Assembly: GCF_006345805.1 (NCBI RefSeq)
Contig: NC_042998.1
Span: 122,326,001-122,390,000 of the forward strand
Length of the DNA stretch: 64,000 nt
Direction of reading: 5' to 3'
From: Octopus sinensis
Lineage: Eukaryota
Below, piece by piece: positions 1 to 14,190 of this stretch (its first letter is position 1; the number at the start of each line of letters is the position of its first letter). The position numbers and the translations under genes are program-made. Under the pieces are notes generated by a model that saw only the letters and a list, made by a program, of their open reading frames with translations, did no database searches and was not told where the DNA came from.

Positions 1-250
1 GTGCATGGGTATGGCAAAAGGCTGTTTACACGTTGTCTGGTTGCATGAATTATTTTTAGTTTGACTGCTTTTACAAGCTTACATTCCCTCAAAAGTTTTC
101 CTCCATACACCTAAATTATGTGTTTGAGAAACTTTGCTATAGAAGAAAATTTGGTTATTATTTCATGCTAGTTATGTTAGTATATAGAAGTTTGCATCAT
201 GAATAAAGGTGAGAGTAATTAAGCCAGAGATTTGCCTTATTTTAAAAATC

Positions 251-607
251 TTTTATCTTTGACTTGTCTCAGTCAGTAAACTGCGACTATGCTGGGGCAC
301 TGCCTTGAATAATTTTAGTTGAAGGAATCAAGCCTAGTAATTAGTCTTTTTTAAGCCAGATGCTTATTCTATTTGTTTCTTTTGTTGGACTGCTAAGTTA
401 CAGGGGCATAATCACACCAACACACACACGCTCGCACACACACACACACACACAAAATGGGCTTCTTTCAGTTTCTACCAAATTCACTCACAAGGCTTTG
501 GTTGGCCTGAGGCTTATAGTTGAAGGAACTTTCTCAAGGGGCTTAGCAGTAGGATTGAATCCCAAACAATCTGGTTGGGAAGAAAACTTCTTATCACATA
601 GTCAACC
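251..607 (-). mobile_element. tRNA-derived SINE, family A (diverged copy)
   Basis: Matches the copies at 18255, 36783 and 57486 (tttacttgtttcagtc...gggcttctttcagtttc...cacaaggctttggt), including the internal CA microsatellite. Confidence 0.8.
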
Positions 608-1204
608 CGAAATATTTCCATGTCGAGCAAGAAAAATAGCAGAGTTGTGTGTGCCTCTGTGTGTGTGAAAGATAGATAGTTTGAGAGATAGAAAGAGGAG
701 AGCAAGCGAGTGAGAGAGAGAGAGACAGACAGACAGGGAGTCTTTATGTAGTTAATTGACAGAACATGTATTCAAGTGACTGAGGATATTGTAGTTGTTT
801 AAACTCAGGTCTGCCTTAGCTAATCATACTTATGACCATATCATCAACAAATGTTTCCCTCTTTAAGAGATTTGGCTGCTATTTCTGGCAGACAGGACTA
901 CCATTCAGGGGCTCCTTTTTTGGCAACAGTGTGCACATGGCAGTGATACTGAATTGAGAGAAACAATGAAAGAAAATTTGTTGTTGCAAACTGGACAGCA
1001 TCTACTTCAACCAGAATCTTGTTGGTTGCAGTATGATTGAAGAACTTTGCAAAGTTAGTAGGAATCTCTTTGGAAAAGGAACAGGAGGCACAGGTGCAAT
1101 TTAGCAGGTTGAAGTGCTTGTATATTTTCTCATGCATGCAAACCTAATTTAGTTGTCATGTTTATTGTCATGACTCTAGAATAGTGGAGCAGGTAGGTTC
1201 ATTT

Positions 1205-1265
1205 GCTTATATATGTATGTGTGTGGATATTTATATATACATACACACACTTGCATATGTATATA

Positions 1266-1326
<61 letters not shown>

Positions 1327-1520
1327 TACATACATACATACATATATACACACATACATACATACATACATACATACATACATACATACATACATACATA
1401 CATACATGCATGCATGCATGCATACATACATACATACATACATACATACAACATACATATTTCCACGTATGCATGTGTGTGTGTATGTGTACACACATAC
1501 ACACATTACACGCACATATA
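1205..1520. repeat. (TA)n/(TACA)n compound microsatellite
   Basis: Visible directly. Confidence 0.95.
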
Positions 1521-2560
1521 TGTTGTATGTCTTAGTTCTGTCCTCTACCTTAAAGCTATGGATTAAGGCATATGTGTGATTATTGATGGAAATAAGGGTG
1601 CTGTAGGTGGTATGTTCCCAGATCTTATATAATTCCCTGTAAATAAATCCATTGTATACAGAGGGATCCATAGTATTTGAAATCCCAGTTTTGTCCGAAA
1701 AAGAAACATGTAGTTTGTTCAACCTGGTCACACCCAATATAAATCTCCAGATACCCTTTTGAAACTTGTCAATTTCTGTTTGAAGTAGTCCAATAGTGGT
1801 TTGTATGGCTTCCTACATATGCAGATTGTACAATTCTGAGTGCCTTGGATCATCAGAGCAGCCTGTGGGCTTTGTGTTGTAGTGGAATACTCTCCATCTC
1901 ATCTGATGCATCAGTGCATTGCTCTTCTGCAGTATCACCTCAAGAAATTATTGCTAAAGCATTGGTAATCCAAAACACTGTTTCTTCATACCAATGTTTA
2001 ATTAGCTTCAGTCAGAGTAAAATGGGGCAATTCAAAAGTTGCACTGAAAGGTGTGATACATACCAAAACATATGGGTGCAGTGGATCATTTCACTCGCAA
2101 CACCTATCAAGTGGTTAGAAAATTCTTATAACTCTAGGGTTGTGTGTGGAGCCTAACAGAAAACATAATTGGTATTGATGCTTTATATGATGTGTACATG
2201 ATTCATAAGGCCAGCAAACATCACTTACATGAACATAAGTGTCAGTTATGGGAACAAAAACTGCTGGCCTATTCATCAGTATTACTCTGCAAAAATGCAA
2301 CACAAATAATGATTGGTGGGGGCCTTCTTATACACCAGCATGTAAATAAAAAACAGTTAGGTTATCATAGGAAAATAGAGCAGAAGCTGAGTGGGTTAGT
2401 GAGCATAGAGGAGAGTGTGATGTAGGGGTACAGAAAAGAAAAGATGTACAGGGCCATGCCTTACACAATGCATATAATTTCAGCAATAATAATAATAAAA
2501 TAATAGTAAAAATAATGAAAAATAGTGAAAGAATTATGGATATATAAATACATACATATG

Positions 2561-2673
2561 TAGACATATGGGTGATGAGACGTTTGCTTTCCAACTACAT
2601 GTTCTAGCTACTATAGTCTCGGGCTGAGCAAAGCCTTGTAAGTAGATTTGGTAGACGGAAACGGAAACTGAAA
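2561..2673 (+). mobile_element. SINE family A 5' fragment
   Basis: ctactatagtctcgggc...caaagccttg...gatttggtagacggaaac matches the SINE A head. Confidence 0.6.
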
Positions 2674-2679
2674 CTTCTT

Positions 2680-2694
2680 GTGTATATATATATA

Positions 2695-2726
<32 letters not shown>

Positions 2727-2727
2727 A

Positions 2728-2758
<31 letters not shown>

Positions 2759-2774
2759 AATATATATATAATAT

Positions 2775-2809
<35 letters not shown>

Positions 2810-2899
2810 AATAATATATATATATAAATATATTATATAATATATAATATATATAAATAATATAATATATATATATATAAATATATATATTATATATAA

Positions 2900-2930
<31 letters not shown>

Positions 2931-3035
2931 ATATATATAAATATATATATATATATAAATATATATATAAATATATATATATATATAAATATATTATATA
3001 TATAAATATATATTAAATATATATAAATATATATA
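2680..3035. repeat. Degenerate (TA)n array
   Basis: Visible directly. Confidence 0.95.
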
Positions 3036-3036
3036 A

Positions 3037-5942
3037 GAAACGCATCTTGAACCCGATATAGGTGATGCAGAAATACACATGCCGCAATATGCAGTCATAC
3101 GCACAGATAGAAAAGGGAGGAGCCATGGTGGAGTTGCAATGTACATCCGAGATGACCTCACGCCCCAGGTCTGCTGTCATATTCAAACTCAGTATGTGAA
3201 ACTCAAATTGTACACATAGACAACTGAATATCGTCATATGCACTACATATCGCCCACCAGACGCCCCAAAACACTCAGGCATGTTTGAAGACTGCCTAAC
3301 AAAAATAGGAGGAGTCTCACCAACCTTGAACAGCACAACAGTGTATTCTTCATGGGTGACTTTACCCTCCCCAATGTGGAATGGCCTGGGGGGCAGATGC
3401 TCCCAGGGATGACACACCATCAGCAGCACAGGTGGAATCCCTGCTCCATCTCACAAATACCTCTTTCATGGAGCAAATAGTTTCTGCAACCACAAGGGCA
3501 GATAAATACTGGATCTCTGCTTTACAAACATATGGATATTATCCTAATGTTAATGTGATGCCGACATGATCTCGGATCACAACATAAAGAGCTGTCTATG
3601 TATGGAACAAAAGCCCCCGCAGACACACAGCCTATACGAAGCACCCACCATCTCTCCAACTTAAACTTTCATAAAGCCACTGGAAGTCGATTGAGAAAGA
3701 GATCCTCAACAGGATTGGGCCTGAGTCTCTCCACACCGGACAACCGTACATAACATGAAACACAACACTTTCATGTCCATAATACAAGCCATATGTGACA
3801 AATGTCCCAATGTGCAGGGCCAGCACACACAAGAACAAAACAGATCCCTAGAGAAAGGAGGATTCTTATGAGACGACGACAAGGATTGCAAACCGCCTGA
3901 GCAAGCACACCAAAAGTGGTGAGAAGTCTCGGCTCGAAAGAATGCTAATGGAAACTGAGAAAAGTCTACATCAGTCCCATGAAAAGGAGAGAGCAGATAA
4001 AGAACTTGGGTAATAGAAAATATAAATCAAACCCTAAAGCTTTCTTTAAGTTTGCCAAAGAGACAGCCACAGTGCACCAGAGAATAGGACCTCTCTCCAA
4101 AAGATGCCTCTCACAGGAAATCCCACGAGGATAAGTGAAATACTGAACGAACAGTTCCAAAGTGTGTTCACTACCCTCTAGGACACAGGCAAGTAAACAC
4201 CCAGAAGAATTCTTTGCCACTTTACCAGCGGCCAAAGAGACAAAAATTGAGTACAATCAACATCGAGAGATGATATCACACTAGCCATTGATGAGATTGA
4301 CACAAACTCAGCTGCTGGACCTGATGGATTCCCACGATCCTTCTCAAATCGTGCAAACGAGCCCTTGCAAACCGCTACAGCATCTTCTTTTCACAGAGCT
4401 TTCTTGCAAGTGGTAAGCTCCCAGTCAAACTGAAAGAGGGGGTAATATGCCTATCCATAAGGAGGTAGCAGAGCAGATGCTAAAAATTATAGGCCTATCT
4501 CTCTGACCTCACACATCAGCAAATCATGGAACGAATAGTCAGAAGGAAACTAATCATGTTCCTTGAAGAAAATGACTTACTGTCTGACACCCAGCATGGA
4601 TTTTTACCAGGTAGAGGCTGCCCTACACAGCTCCTGCAACACTATGACTGGGTGTTGAAACGCCTACTAAATGGCTCAAATGTGATGTAATATATCTTGA
4701 CTTTGCAAAAGCCTTTGATAAAGTCGACCATGGTATGATCTGTCACAAACTGCGTGGTCTCTCGGCATAGCGGGAAACTTGGAGAGTGGCTGCACACTTC
4801 CTACAAGACAGAAAACAGGCAGTTGTGAGCATGGAGCCACCTCCAGGGAAACGCAAATAACAACAGCGGTGTCCCACAGGCACTGTCTTGGGGCCACTGA
4901 TGTTCATAGTGGCCCTTTCAGACATGCCTTCATTGCTACGATGATCACCCTTGCTAGCTATGCAGATTACAACAAAAAGTCTCCCACCAATACAAACCCT
5001 AAAATATTGCGCATCTGCAACATGAGCTGGACACAATATACAGTGGGCTGAGGACACAACATGCAGTTTAATGCAGGTAAGTTCCAGGCCCTGCGCTACT
5101 GGCACACAAAGGTAAATGACGTGAAGACTGGATACACTGGCCCAGGAAGAATTGCAATCCCTGAGTCAAAATCAGTGCGTGACCTGGGCATTGACAGAGC
5201 AATGATGCATCTTTCCAATGCATATTGCTAACTGGTGATAAAAGCAGACGGCTATCTGGATGGATTCTCCGAACTTTCAGAACAAGAGAGAAGGAGACAC
5301 TGATGGTCCTATGGAAAACATTTGTCCTCAGCCGCTTGGACTACTACTGCTCCCAACTTTGGTCCCCACACAATTAAACAAACAGCAGAACTCGAAGCAA
5401 CTCAGAGAAGCTACACAAAGAAAATCGTCTCAATGCAAAATGTCAGCTACTGGGAAAGACTGAAGGTATTAAACCTCTTCTCCCTGGAGCGGAGCGGGAG
5501 AGATATGCATTGATATACATCTGGAAAATCCTGGAGGGTCTTGTCCAAACTTTTGGCATTCAAAGTTACTCCAACCGCAAGAACGGGGCGGGGCGGCGCC
5601 GCTGCGTGGTGCCAAGATTCCAACATCACCATCAAAATACAGGTCCAGATACTGCAACAGCTTGGGTTTCAGAGGACCACAGCTCTTTAACATCCTCCCT
5701 AAATGCCTGAGAAACTTACATGGTTGTGGATGTGGGTTTCTTTAAAACTAAACTGGATCTCTTCTTGTTGGAGTCCCAATGACCTACCTCACGACAGGAG
5801 ACAATGCGGCAGCAGCATCGAACTCCCTTGTTGATCAAGTGCCACGTATCAGAGGTGGATTCACAAACTAGTGTAGCTCATTCAGCGGTGGTGCCCCAAT
5901 GGCCGCGGCCTTCGGGCTAAAACATTTTTAAGGATTAAGGAT
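3037..5942 (+). mobile_element. CR1-group LINE, 5'-truncated, frameshifted ORF2 (APE endonuclease + reverse transcriptase)
   Basis: Manual translation gives ETHLEPDIGDAEIHMPQYAVIRTDRKGRSHGGVAMYIRDDL (APE), NYRPISLTSHISK, QHGFLPGRGC, LDFAKAFDKVDH, SGVPQ/TVLGPLMF and SYAD motifs; ends in a short aaggatt repeat tail. Confidence 0.92.
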
Positions 5943-5943
5943 T

Positions 5944-6368
5944 TATATATATATAAAATATTATCTATATAATATATATTATATAAATATATATATATAT
6001 AAATATATATATATAATATATAAATATATATATATTATATAAATATATATATATTAAATATATATATATATATTAAATATATATATATATATATATAAAT
6101 ATATATATATTAGCTATAATATAATATATCTATAAATATATATATAATATATATATAAATATAATATATATATATTAAATATAATATATATATAATATAT
6201 ATATAACATATATATATATATATAACTATATATATATATATAATAAATATATATATAATAAGTAAATATTATATATAAATATATAATATATATAAATATA
6301 TATATATATATAAATATATATATAATAAATTATATATATATATAGAATAATATAAATAAATATCTATC

Positions 6369-6407
<39 letters not shown>

Positions 6408-6541
6408 TTATAATAAATATATATATATATATAAATAATATATATATATAATAATATATATATATAAATATATATATATATTAAATATATATATATATAT
6501 ATAAATAATATATAATATAGATATATATAATATATATAAAT

Positions 6542-6572
<31 letters not shown>

Positions 6573-6695
6573 AATATATATATAAATATATATATATATA
6601 TAAATATTATATATATATATAAATATATATTATAAATATAACATATTAGTAAATAGTCTATATATATAAGATAATATATATATAAATAATATATC
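5944..6695. repeat. Degenerate (TA)n array
   Basis: Visible directly. Confidence 0.95.
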
Positions 6696-6696
6696 C

Positions 6697-7787
6697 TCAT
6701 CATCATCATCATCATTTAACGTCCGCTTTCCATGCTAGCATGGGTTGGACGGTCAACTGGGGTCTGGGAGCCCGAAGCTGCACCGTCCAGTCATCTGGCA
6801 GTGTTTCTACAGCTGGATGCCTTCCTAACGCCAACCACTCCGAGAGTGTAGTGGTGATTTTATGTGCCACCGACTACAGTGCCAACGAGGCTGACAAACG
6901 GCCCGCTCTCGATGGTGTTTTTTATGTGCCACCGACACAGTGCCACTACGAGGCTGGCAGACGGCCACGCTCGGATGGTGTTTTTTTTTGTGCCCCGACA
7001 CAGTGTGCCAGACGAGGCTGCAGACGGCCACGCTCGATGGTGTTTTTATGTGCCAACCGACACAGGTTCGCAGACGAGGCTGCAGACGGCCACGCTCGGA
7101 TGTGTTCTTATGTGCCACCGACACAGGTGCCAGATGAGGCTGGCAAACGGCCACGATCGGATGGTGCTTGTTACGTGCCCACAGCACTGAGGCCAGTCGA
7201 TGCGGTACTGGCTACGGCCACGTTCGGGATGGTTTTCTTTGTGCCGTGCCACCGGCACTGGTACCAACAAGATACAAATTCCATTGATGTTCATCTATTT
7301 GATTTGTTTTGATTTGATTTGATTTGATTTTCACTTGCCTCAACAGGTCTTCACAAGTGTCACAAGAAGGAAGGTATGCACAGGTGGACTGACTACGTCC
7401 CAGGTGGGCCATGGGTTATGGCCTGACTAGTCTTGCCTTGCGGTCTTCGGATGTGTTTTTTATGTGCCACCGGACACAGGTGCTAGATGAGGCTGGCGAA
7501 CGGCCACGATCGGATGTTGTTTGTCATGTGCCCACCGCACTGACTACGGCACTGATGGATTTCTTGTGTGCCACAGGCACTGGTACCACAAGATACAAAT
7601 TCCATTGATGTTCATCTATTTTGTCTATTTTGATTTGATTGATTTGATTTTCACTTGCCTCACCGTCTTCACAAGTGTCCACAGAAGGAAGGAAGGTATG
7701 CACAGGTGGACTGACTAGTCTTTGCCGGGTCTTCGGAAGGTGTTTTTTGTGTCCACCAACGCACGGTGCCAGATGAGGCTGGCGACC
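6697..7787 (-). mobile_element. RTE-LINE 3' UTR fragment with expanded internal tandem repeat
   Basis: (CAT)n tail plus ttaacgtccgctttccatgctagcatggg terminus shared with the 26480 and 52575 copies, which are joined to RTE ORF C-terminus; ~55-60 bp repeat units. Confidence 0.8.
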
Positions 7788-7853
7788 GATATATATAAAT
7801 ATATATTATATATATATAATATATAATAAATATATATATATATATATAAGATA

Positions 7854-7891
<38 letters not shown>

Positions 7892-7912
7892 ATATATATT
7901 ATATATATAAAT

Positions 7913-7946
<34 letters not shown>

Positions 7947-8052
7947 CAATATATATATATATAATATATATATAGATATATAATATATATATATATATTA
8001 ATATATAATATATAATATAATATATAAATAATATATATATATATAAATATAT

Positions 8053-8087
<35 letters not shown>

Positions 8088-8172
8088 AATATATATATAG
8101 AAATATATAATTAAATATATATATATAATATATATACTATAAATATATATATATAAATATAATATAATATAT

Positions 8173-8203
<31 letters not shown>

Positions 8204-8229
8204 AATAATATATATATATAAATATATAA

Positions 8230-8269
<40 letters not shown>

Positions 8270-8640
8270 TATAGTATATATATATATATATAGTATAAAT
8301 ATATATATATATTATATAATATATATAAATATTAATAAATATATATAATAATATATAAATATATAATATATAAATATATATAATATATAATATATATATA
8401 ATATATATAAATTATAATAAATAATATAAATAATATATTATATAATATATATATATAATATATAAATATATTATAATATAAATATATATAAATATATATA
8501 TATATATACGCTAAAAGAATCTTGATTGAATATATATAACTATAGTGATATAAAGATAAAATATATATTATATACATATTATAGATATAAATATATATAT
8601 ATATACATCTATATATATATATTGATATATATATAATATG
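7788..8640. repeat. Degenerate (TA)n array
   Basis: Visible directly. Confidence 0.95.
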
Positions 8641-8641
8641 T

Positions 8642-8927
8642 AGAGGCGCAATGGCCCAGTGGTTAGGACAGTGGACTCGCAGTCGTAGGATCATGGTTGT
8701 TTCGATTCCCGACCAGGCATAGTGAATGTTTATTGAGCGAAAACATCTGAAAGCTCCACGAGGTTCTGGCAGGGAGTGGTGGCGGTCCCTGCTTTCTCTC
8801 ACACGTTCTTCTATTGGCCTGCTCGCTTAGCCAGTGTAGTGGCATCATTTGAAGGCTAAAACAATGCTAAGCGCATTGTGACCAGCGATGTGTAGCAACA
8901 TCTGGTAGCCTGGTCGGTCATGGTGAT
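8642..8927 (+). mobile_element. tRNA-derived SINE, family B
   Basis: A-box-like TGGCCCAGTGG and B-box-like GTTTCGATTCC followed by a non-tRNA body. Confidence 0.7.
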
Positions 8928-9200
8928 ATGTATGTATGTATGTATGTATATGTTGTATGTATGTATGTATGTATGTATGGTATGTATGTATGTATGTATG
9001 TTATGTATGTATGTATGTATGTATTTGTATGTATGTATGTATGTAAATATGTATATGTATTATGTATGTATGTATGTATGTATGTATGGTATGTATGGAT
9101 GTATGTAGGAGTATGTATGTATGTATGTATGTATGTATGTATGTATGTATGTATGTATGTATGTATGTGTGTATGTGTGTATGTGTGTGTGTGTGTGTTT
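8926..9200. repeat. (TATG)n microsatellite
   Basis: Visible directly. Confidence 0.95.
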
Positions 9201-9234
9201 ATGTTGTGGTGTGGTGTGTGTGGGTTTTCTTTTT

Positions 9235-9440
9235 TGGTATCTGTGTTTGTTCCCACCACTGCTTGGCGACCAGTGTCTGTGTGTTTACATCCTTGTAACT
9301 TAGTGGTTCAGCAGGAGACCAATGGAATAAGTACCAGGTTTTAAAAAAAATATCAGTACTGGGGTTGATTCATTCAACTAAAATTCTTCAAGGCATTGCC
9401 CTACCATGACTTCAATCTTATGCCTGAAACATGTTAAAAA
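9235..9440 (+). mobile_element. SINE family A 3' half
   Basis: Similar to 19905-20095 (gtttacatcc..gtaacttag..ggttcagca..gagacc). Confidence 0.7.
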
Positions 9441-9827
9441 AAATAAACACAAACGCACACATATATGTATATATATACATATCTACTGCAACCCAACCTC
9501 AGAACCTCTTCTATATTTCTCTCCATGATTTGCTACAATCACCTCATCCTGCTTACTAACCCAGCCCAAGCCTCTATATCACCTCATCTACTCTCACCAC
9601 CCCCAATATCTCTCAGGGTCATGTCCTGACATATCTCTGCCATCATCTCCCTTACTATCACTCTTTTTTATCTTACTCTCCAACTCACTCTCCCTTGGTT
9701 TCCAACTGGATTATCTATGTATTTACTCTACAGCAAGACACCTATATCTATCCATTCTATACTTTAAATCTCTCAACTGGCACATAATCACAGCCCTCAA
9801 TACTACTCCCCCTTCCTAGTTGAGGGG

Positions 9828-10107
9828 GTTTTGTCTTGCAAGATACTTGGTAACCCTCTTGGTGCTGGTACTATATAAAAAGCACTGATGATAGTGTCAC
9901 ACAAAAAGCACTGGTATTGGTGCCATAAAAACCATCCAGTACACTCTGTAAAGTGGTTGGTATTGGGAAGGGCATCCAGCCATAGAAACCATGCCAGAAC
10001 AGAAATTGGAACCTGGTGCAGCCCCTGACCTTACCAGCTCTTGTCAGACTGTCCAACCTATGCCAACATGGAAAACTAATGTTAAGTGATGGTGATGATG
10101 ATGATGA
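9828..10107 (+). mobile_element. RTE-LINE 3' end fragment
   Basis: ggaagggcatccagc...gtccaacc..tgccaacatggaaa followed by a (GAT)n tail. Confidence 0.7.
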
Positions 10108-10117
10108 CACATGTATA

Positions 10118-10410
10118 TGATGTAGTGAGTTCAATTCCTGGACTGAGCTGTGTGTTGTGATCTTGAGCAAGACACTTTATTTCACTTTGCTCCAGTTCAC
10201 TCAGCTGCAGAAATGAGTTGCAACATCACTGGCACCAAGCTGTATTGCCCTTTGCCTTTCCCTTGGATAACATCAGTGGTGTGGAGAGGGGAGGCTGGTA
10301 TGTATGGGCAAGTGCTGGTCTTCCATAAACAACCTTACCCAGACTTGTGCCTCAGAGGGGAACTTCTAGGTGCAATCTCATGGTCATTCATGACTGAAGG
10401 GGGTCCTCTC
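10118..10410 (+). mobile_element. tRNA-derived SINE family D (5'-truncated)
   Basis: Aligns by eye with 39938-40277. Confidence 0.75.
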
Positions 10411-10439
10411 CGTCTGTCTGTCTCTGTCTCCCTTTCTCT

Positions 10440-10470
10440 ATATATGTGTATGAATACATGTATACACATG

Positions 10471-10502
<32 letters not shown>

Positions 10503-10648
10503 TATGTATGTATGTGTGTATGTATGTATAAATGTGTGTGTGTGTGTGTGTGCATGTGTGTGTGTATTTATATATATATATGCATATGTATATATGCAGA
10601 TAGATATGCATATATATATGTATATGTGTGTGTGTCTCATATATATAT
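10440..10648. repeat. (TATG)/(TG)/(TA) microsatellite
   Basis: Visible directly. Confidence 0.9.
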
Positions 10649-13489
10649 TTGTTCCAATGAAGACTCTCACCACTCCACTGAAATATCAGATATTACAGTC
10701 AAATTCAATGATTTTGAACTCAGAAGTTAAATGAACTGAAATACCATAGGGCTCTTGGTTTAGAACACTACCTGTTTCTGCCATCTTTCCTTCCTATATT
10801 GCATTACATATTACAAATATTCCCTGAAAAAAAAAAAAAAAATTCATATTTGTTTTTATTTTCAATGTATCTAAGTTGTAAATGCCTGATTGATTCTCTA
10901 TTTATACATAGATATAAATAGATATTCTTGATGAATATTGTGCAAACTCATTGTTTGTGTGTGTGTGTGTGTGTGTATAAGAGGGAGTAAGAGAGAGGGA
11001 GAAAGAGATTGCATCTGTGTGTGAATATTTATCTCAGAAGAGTTTCTATAGTTGAGGAATGAAAACTAATAAGGAATAAATAAAGAAAAGATTGCCATTA
11101 TATTTAGAATTCAATATTTTTCTTTGTTTTAAAAATCTCTTTATTTTGAATCCCTTTTCTGCATTTTATATATCTTTTACTTTTGTGTTGATATACCACA
11201 AACATATATAAAATAGTATAAAGAAACTAAAAAGAAAGTAAAATAAAAATATAAAATAAAAGCGTTATATTTCAATTTTTGTGTAAAAATATAATATTTT
11301 CAGAAATGAATAAAATTACAAAATTTGAAAATAAAATCAATCAATGAATAAAATTTAACCTTTAAAAATTTGTTAAATATTAATGTCAGAATTGATGAAA
11401 AATTTTTATAGCATTTTTATCTTGTAAATTCTTGGACCTTGATTTAAGTTTTCTTTTTTGTGTGTGTTTTAAGTAAAGAATAAAGGATGAGTTTAAATAA
11501 TATCTTTCAATATCTGTTGAAGTAGAATTTCTATGAAATTAGGGAGCTGAATCATAGCTGTGGTTAATTATTCCTACATTATTACAAAGGTCAACATTTT
11601 CATGTCTTTGTATAACAAACAGGCTCAATGCTAATCATATTTAACAGCTGAGTAAAGAATAATTAGAAAAACAACAAAAAAAAAATTGGAGATGCTTGCT
11701 GCATGAGAAAAATATAGTAAAGTGGGTAGAGCATATTTAATGTACTGAACTAAGAAATTTAGAAACATTAAAATTACATCAGAAGTGAAGAGGACAAAAA
11801 CAGTTATCTAATTCTGGCCAAGAAACCAAGGGAGACAACATTGAAATCAAATTGAATTAACTTAAAGTTTAAATGAACCTGAACTTCGGTAGTATGGAGA
11901 ATGACTCCTGACAAGTTTTCATCTCACTAAATGTCATCGGTGAAGTTAATGATAGGAAAAAAAGATCAATCGGTAAAAGAAAAAGAAACTGGCTTTAACA
12001 ATTAGATAATCCTTTCCAAATTCCTAGCAGTTGTAATATCAATACAGAAACTATAGTTTCTATAGCACTGAGGAGATAAGACAGAAATTCTTGATTATGT
12101 TGCCAGTCTATTGCAGATAGAGTTTTCCTATGGGAAGAGTTGAACTCAGCACTAGAAGCAAGCAATGTGCTTGTCAATTTCATAACACTACCATTGCTTA
12201 CAGCAGTGAGTTATACTATATACAGCACTTGTTTATTATTATGAAGACTAAGTACTTAACTGTTTAACATTGCCTACCCTTTGTCAGTTGTTAGTTGGCT
12301 TAGAGTCTTGTCCATCTCTGGTTCTTACTAATTAAATGCAAACTAATTTTGAAATTAGTGAAAACTATTTCACTAAGACTAGTACAGAAAAAAATTCAAA
12401 ACTGTAAAGAACAGTATCAAAATAAAACAAGGAACAAAGTTTTTTTTTAATTAGCTGTCTAGAGATAAATCATTATTGTTATAGTGAGTTAATTGACATT
12501 TTGAACCAGCAAGAGAGGTTGTATACATTAAATGTATCTGTCAAATACCCCCCCCCCCCCACCTACCTGTTTTGTTTTATTATTGTTTATTTTCTTTGTA
12601 ATATATATCATTTTGATTCAGCTCATCTTTGTTGATAGCTGAACAAAACTCGAGCAACTGAACTCTCTTACATGTTGCCTGCAATCAGAACTACAATCAA
12701 AATCACTGGTAGTGTAGAAGACTGAGTCGACTAGTCTCTGATTTCAATTTCAATATTTTCAAGTCCATATGGTAACTATTCCCAAAAGCTGGTTGTGTGA
12801 GAAAGTGAACCAATGTAGAATAAAGAATTCAACTTAGAAATGCTAGAATTGGGATTGAACTTATGATCCATGCTCCACTGGTAGTTCAAAAACTTATCCA
12901 CTCAAGTACCACACTTTTATTGTAAGTAATATAAATATTTGGATAAGGTATTCAACATATTGGGAAGCAGGCAAAAGTACTTTTGCGTATTATCCTGTTG
13001 AAGATTCTACTCTAACTCTAGATATCTATTTGCCATTTCCAACCAATGTTATTTGATCAAATATTGTTAATCAAATACCATAGCTGTTATTCTTAAAATG
13101 GACGGAAGATTAATGTTCAGGATGCTTAATTCTCAAAGAATCAACCATTTTTGATCTAATGTCAACCAGAAACATTATTTCAGTTGGAATAAGTTGTTTT
13201 TGGATGTTTAACAAGCTGATTTCTCTGAGAGCAAATCAAATATGGCATTTTTCTTCAATCTAGCTGTGCATTCTTAATTCTTCTCTAACACAATAGAGCT
13301 TTGTCTATTGTTTGTTTCTGTTATTGAAATTTAGTTTATTTTAGTGATTGAAAGACAAATGGATTTTGAGTATTTCTTTTATCACATAACTTTTCATGAT
13401 ATACATGACTATAGTTGTTTTTATATTAGAGTATAGTCCTTTTGATATATGATGGAGAATTCAAATTGTAAACAACCATTGAGACTAAG

Positions 13490-14190
<701 letters not shown>

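Noticed and set aside
1184-1737. ORFs rich in YI/HT/MYVC (also 6368, 8332, 8918-9344, 10335, 37695)
   Set aside because: Translations of TA, TACA and TG microsatellites
6845-7270. CRISPR array
   Set aside because: The spacers are homologous to each other, there are no cas genes, the context is eukaryotic, and the array is part of an RTE 3' UTR found many times in the window
8642-8720. tRNA genes (also 19706, 39938, 59920)
   Set aside because: A and B boxes are present but no complete cloverleaf is evident; they continue into SINE bodies
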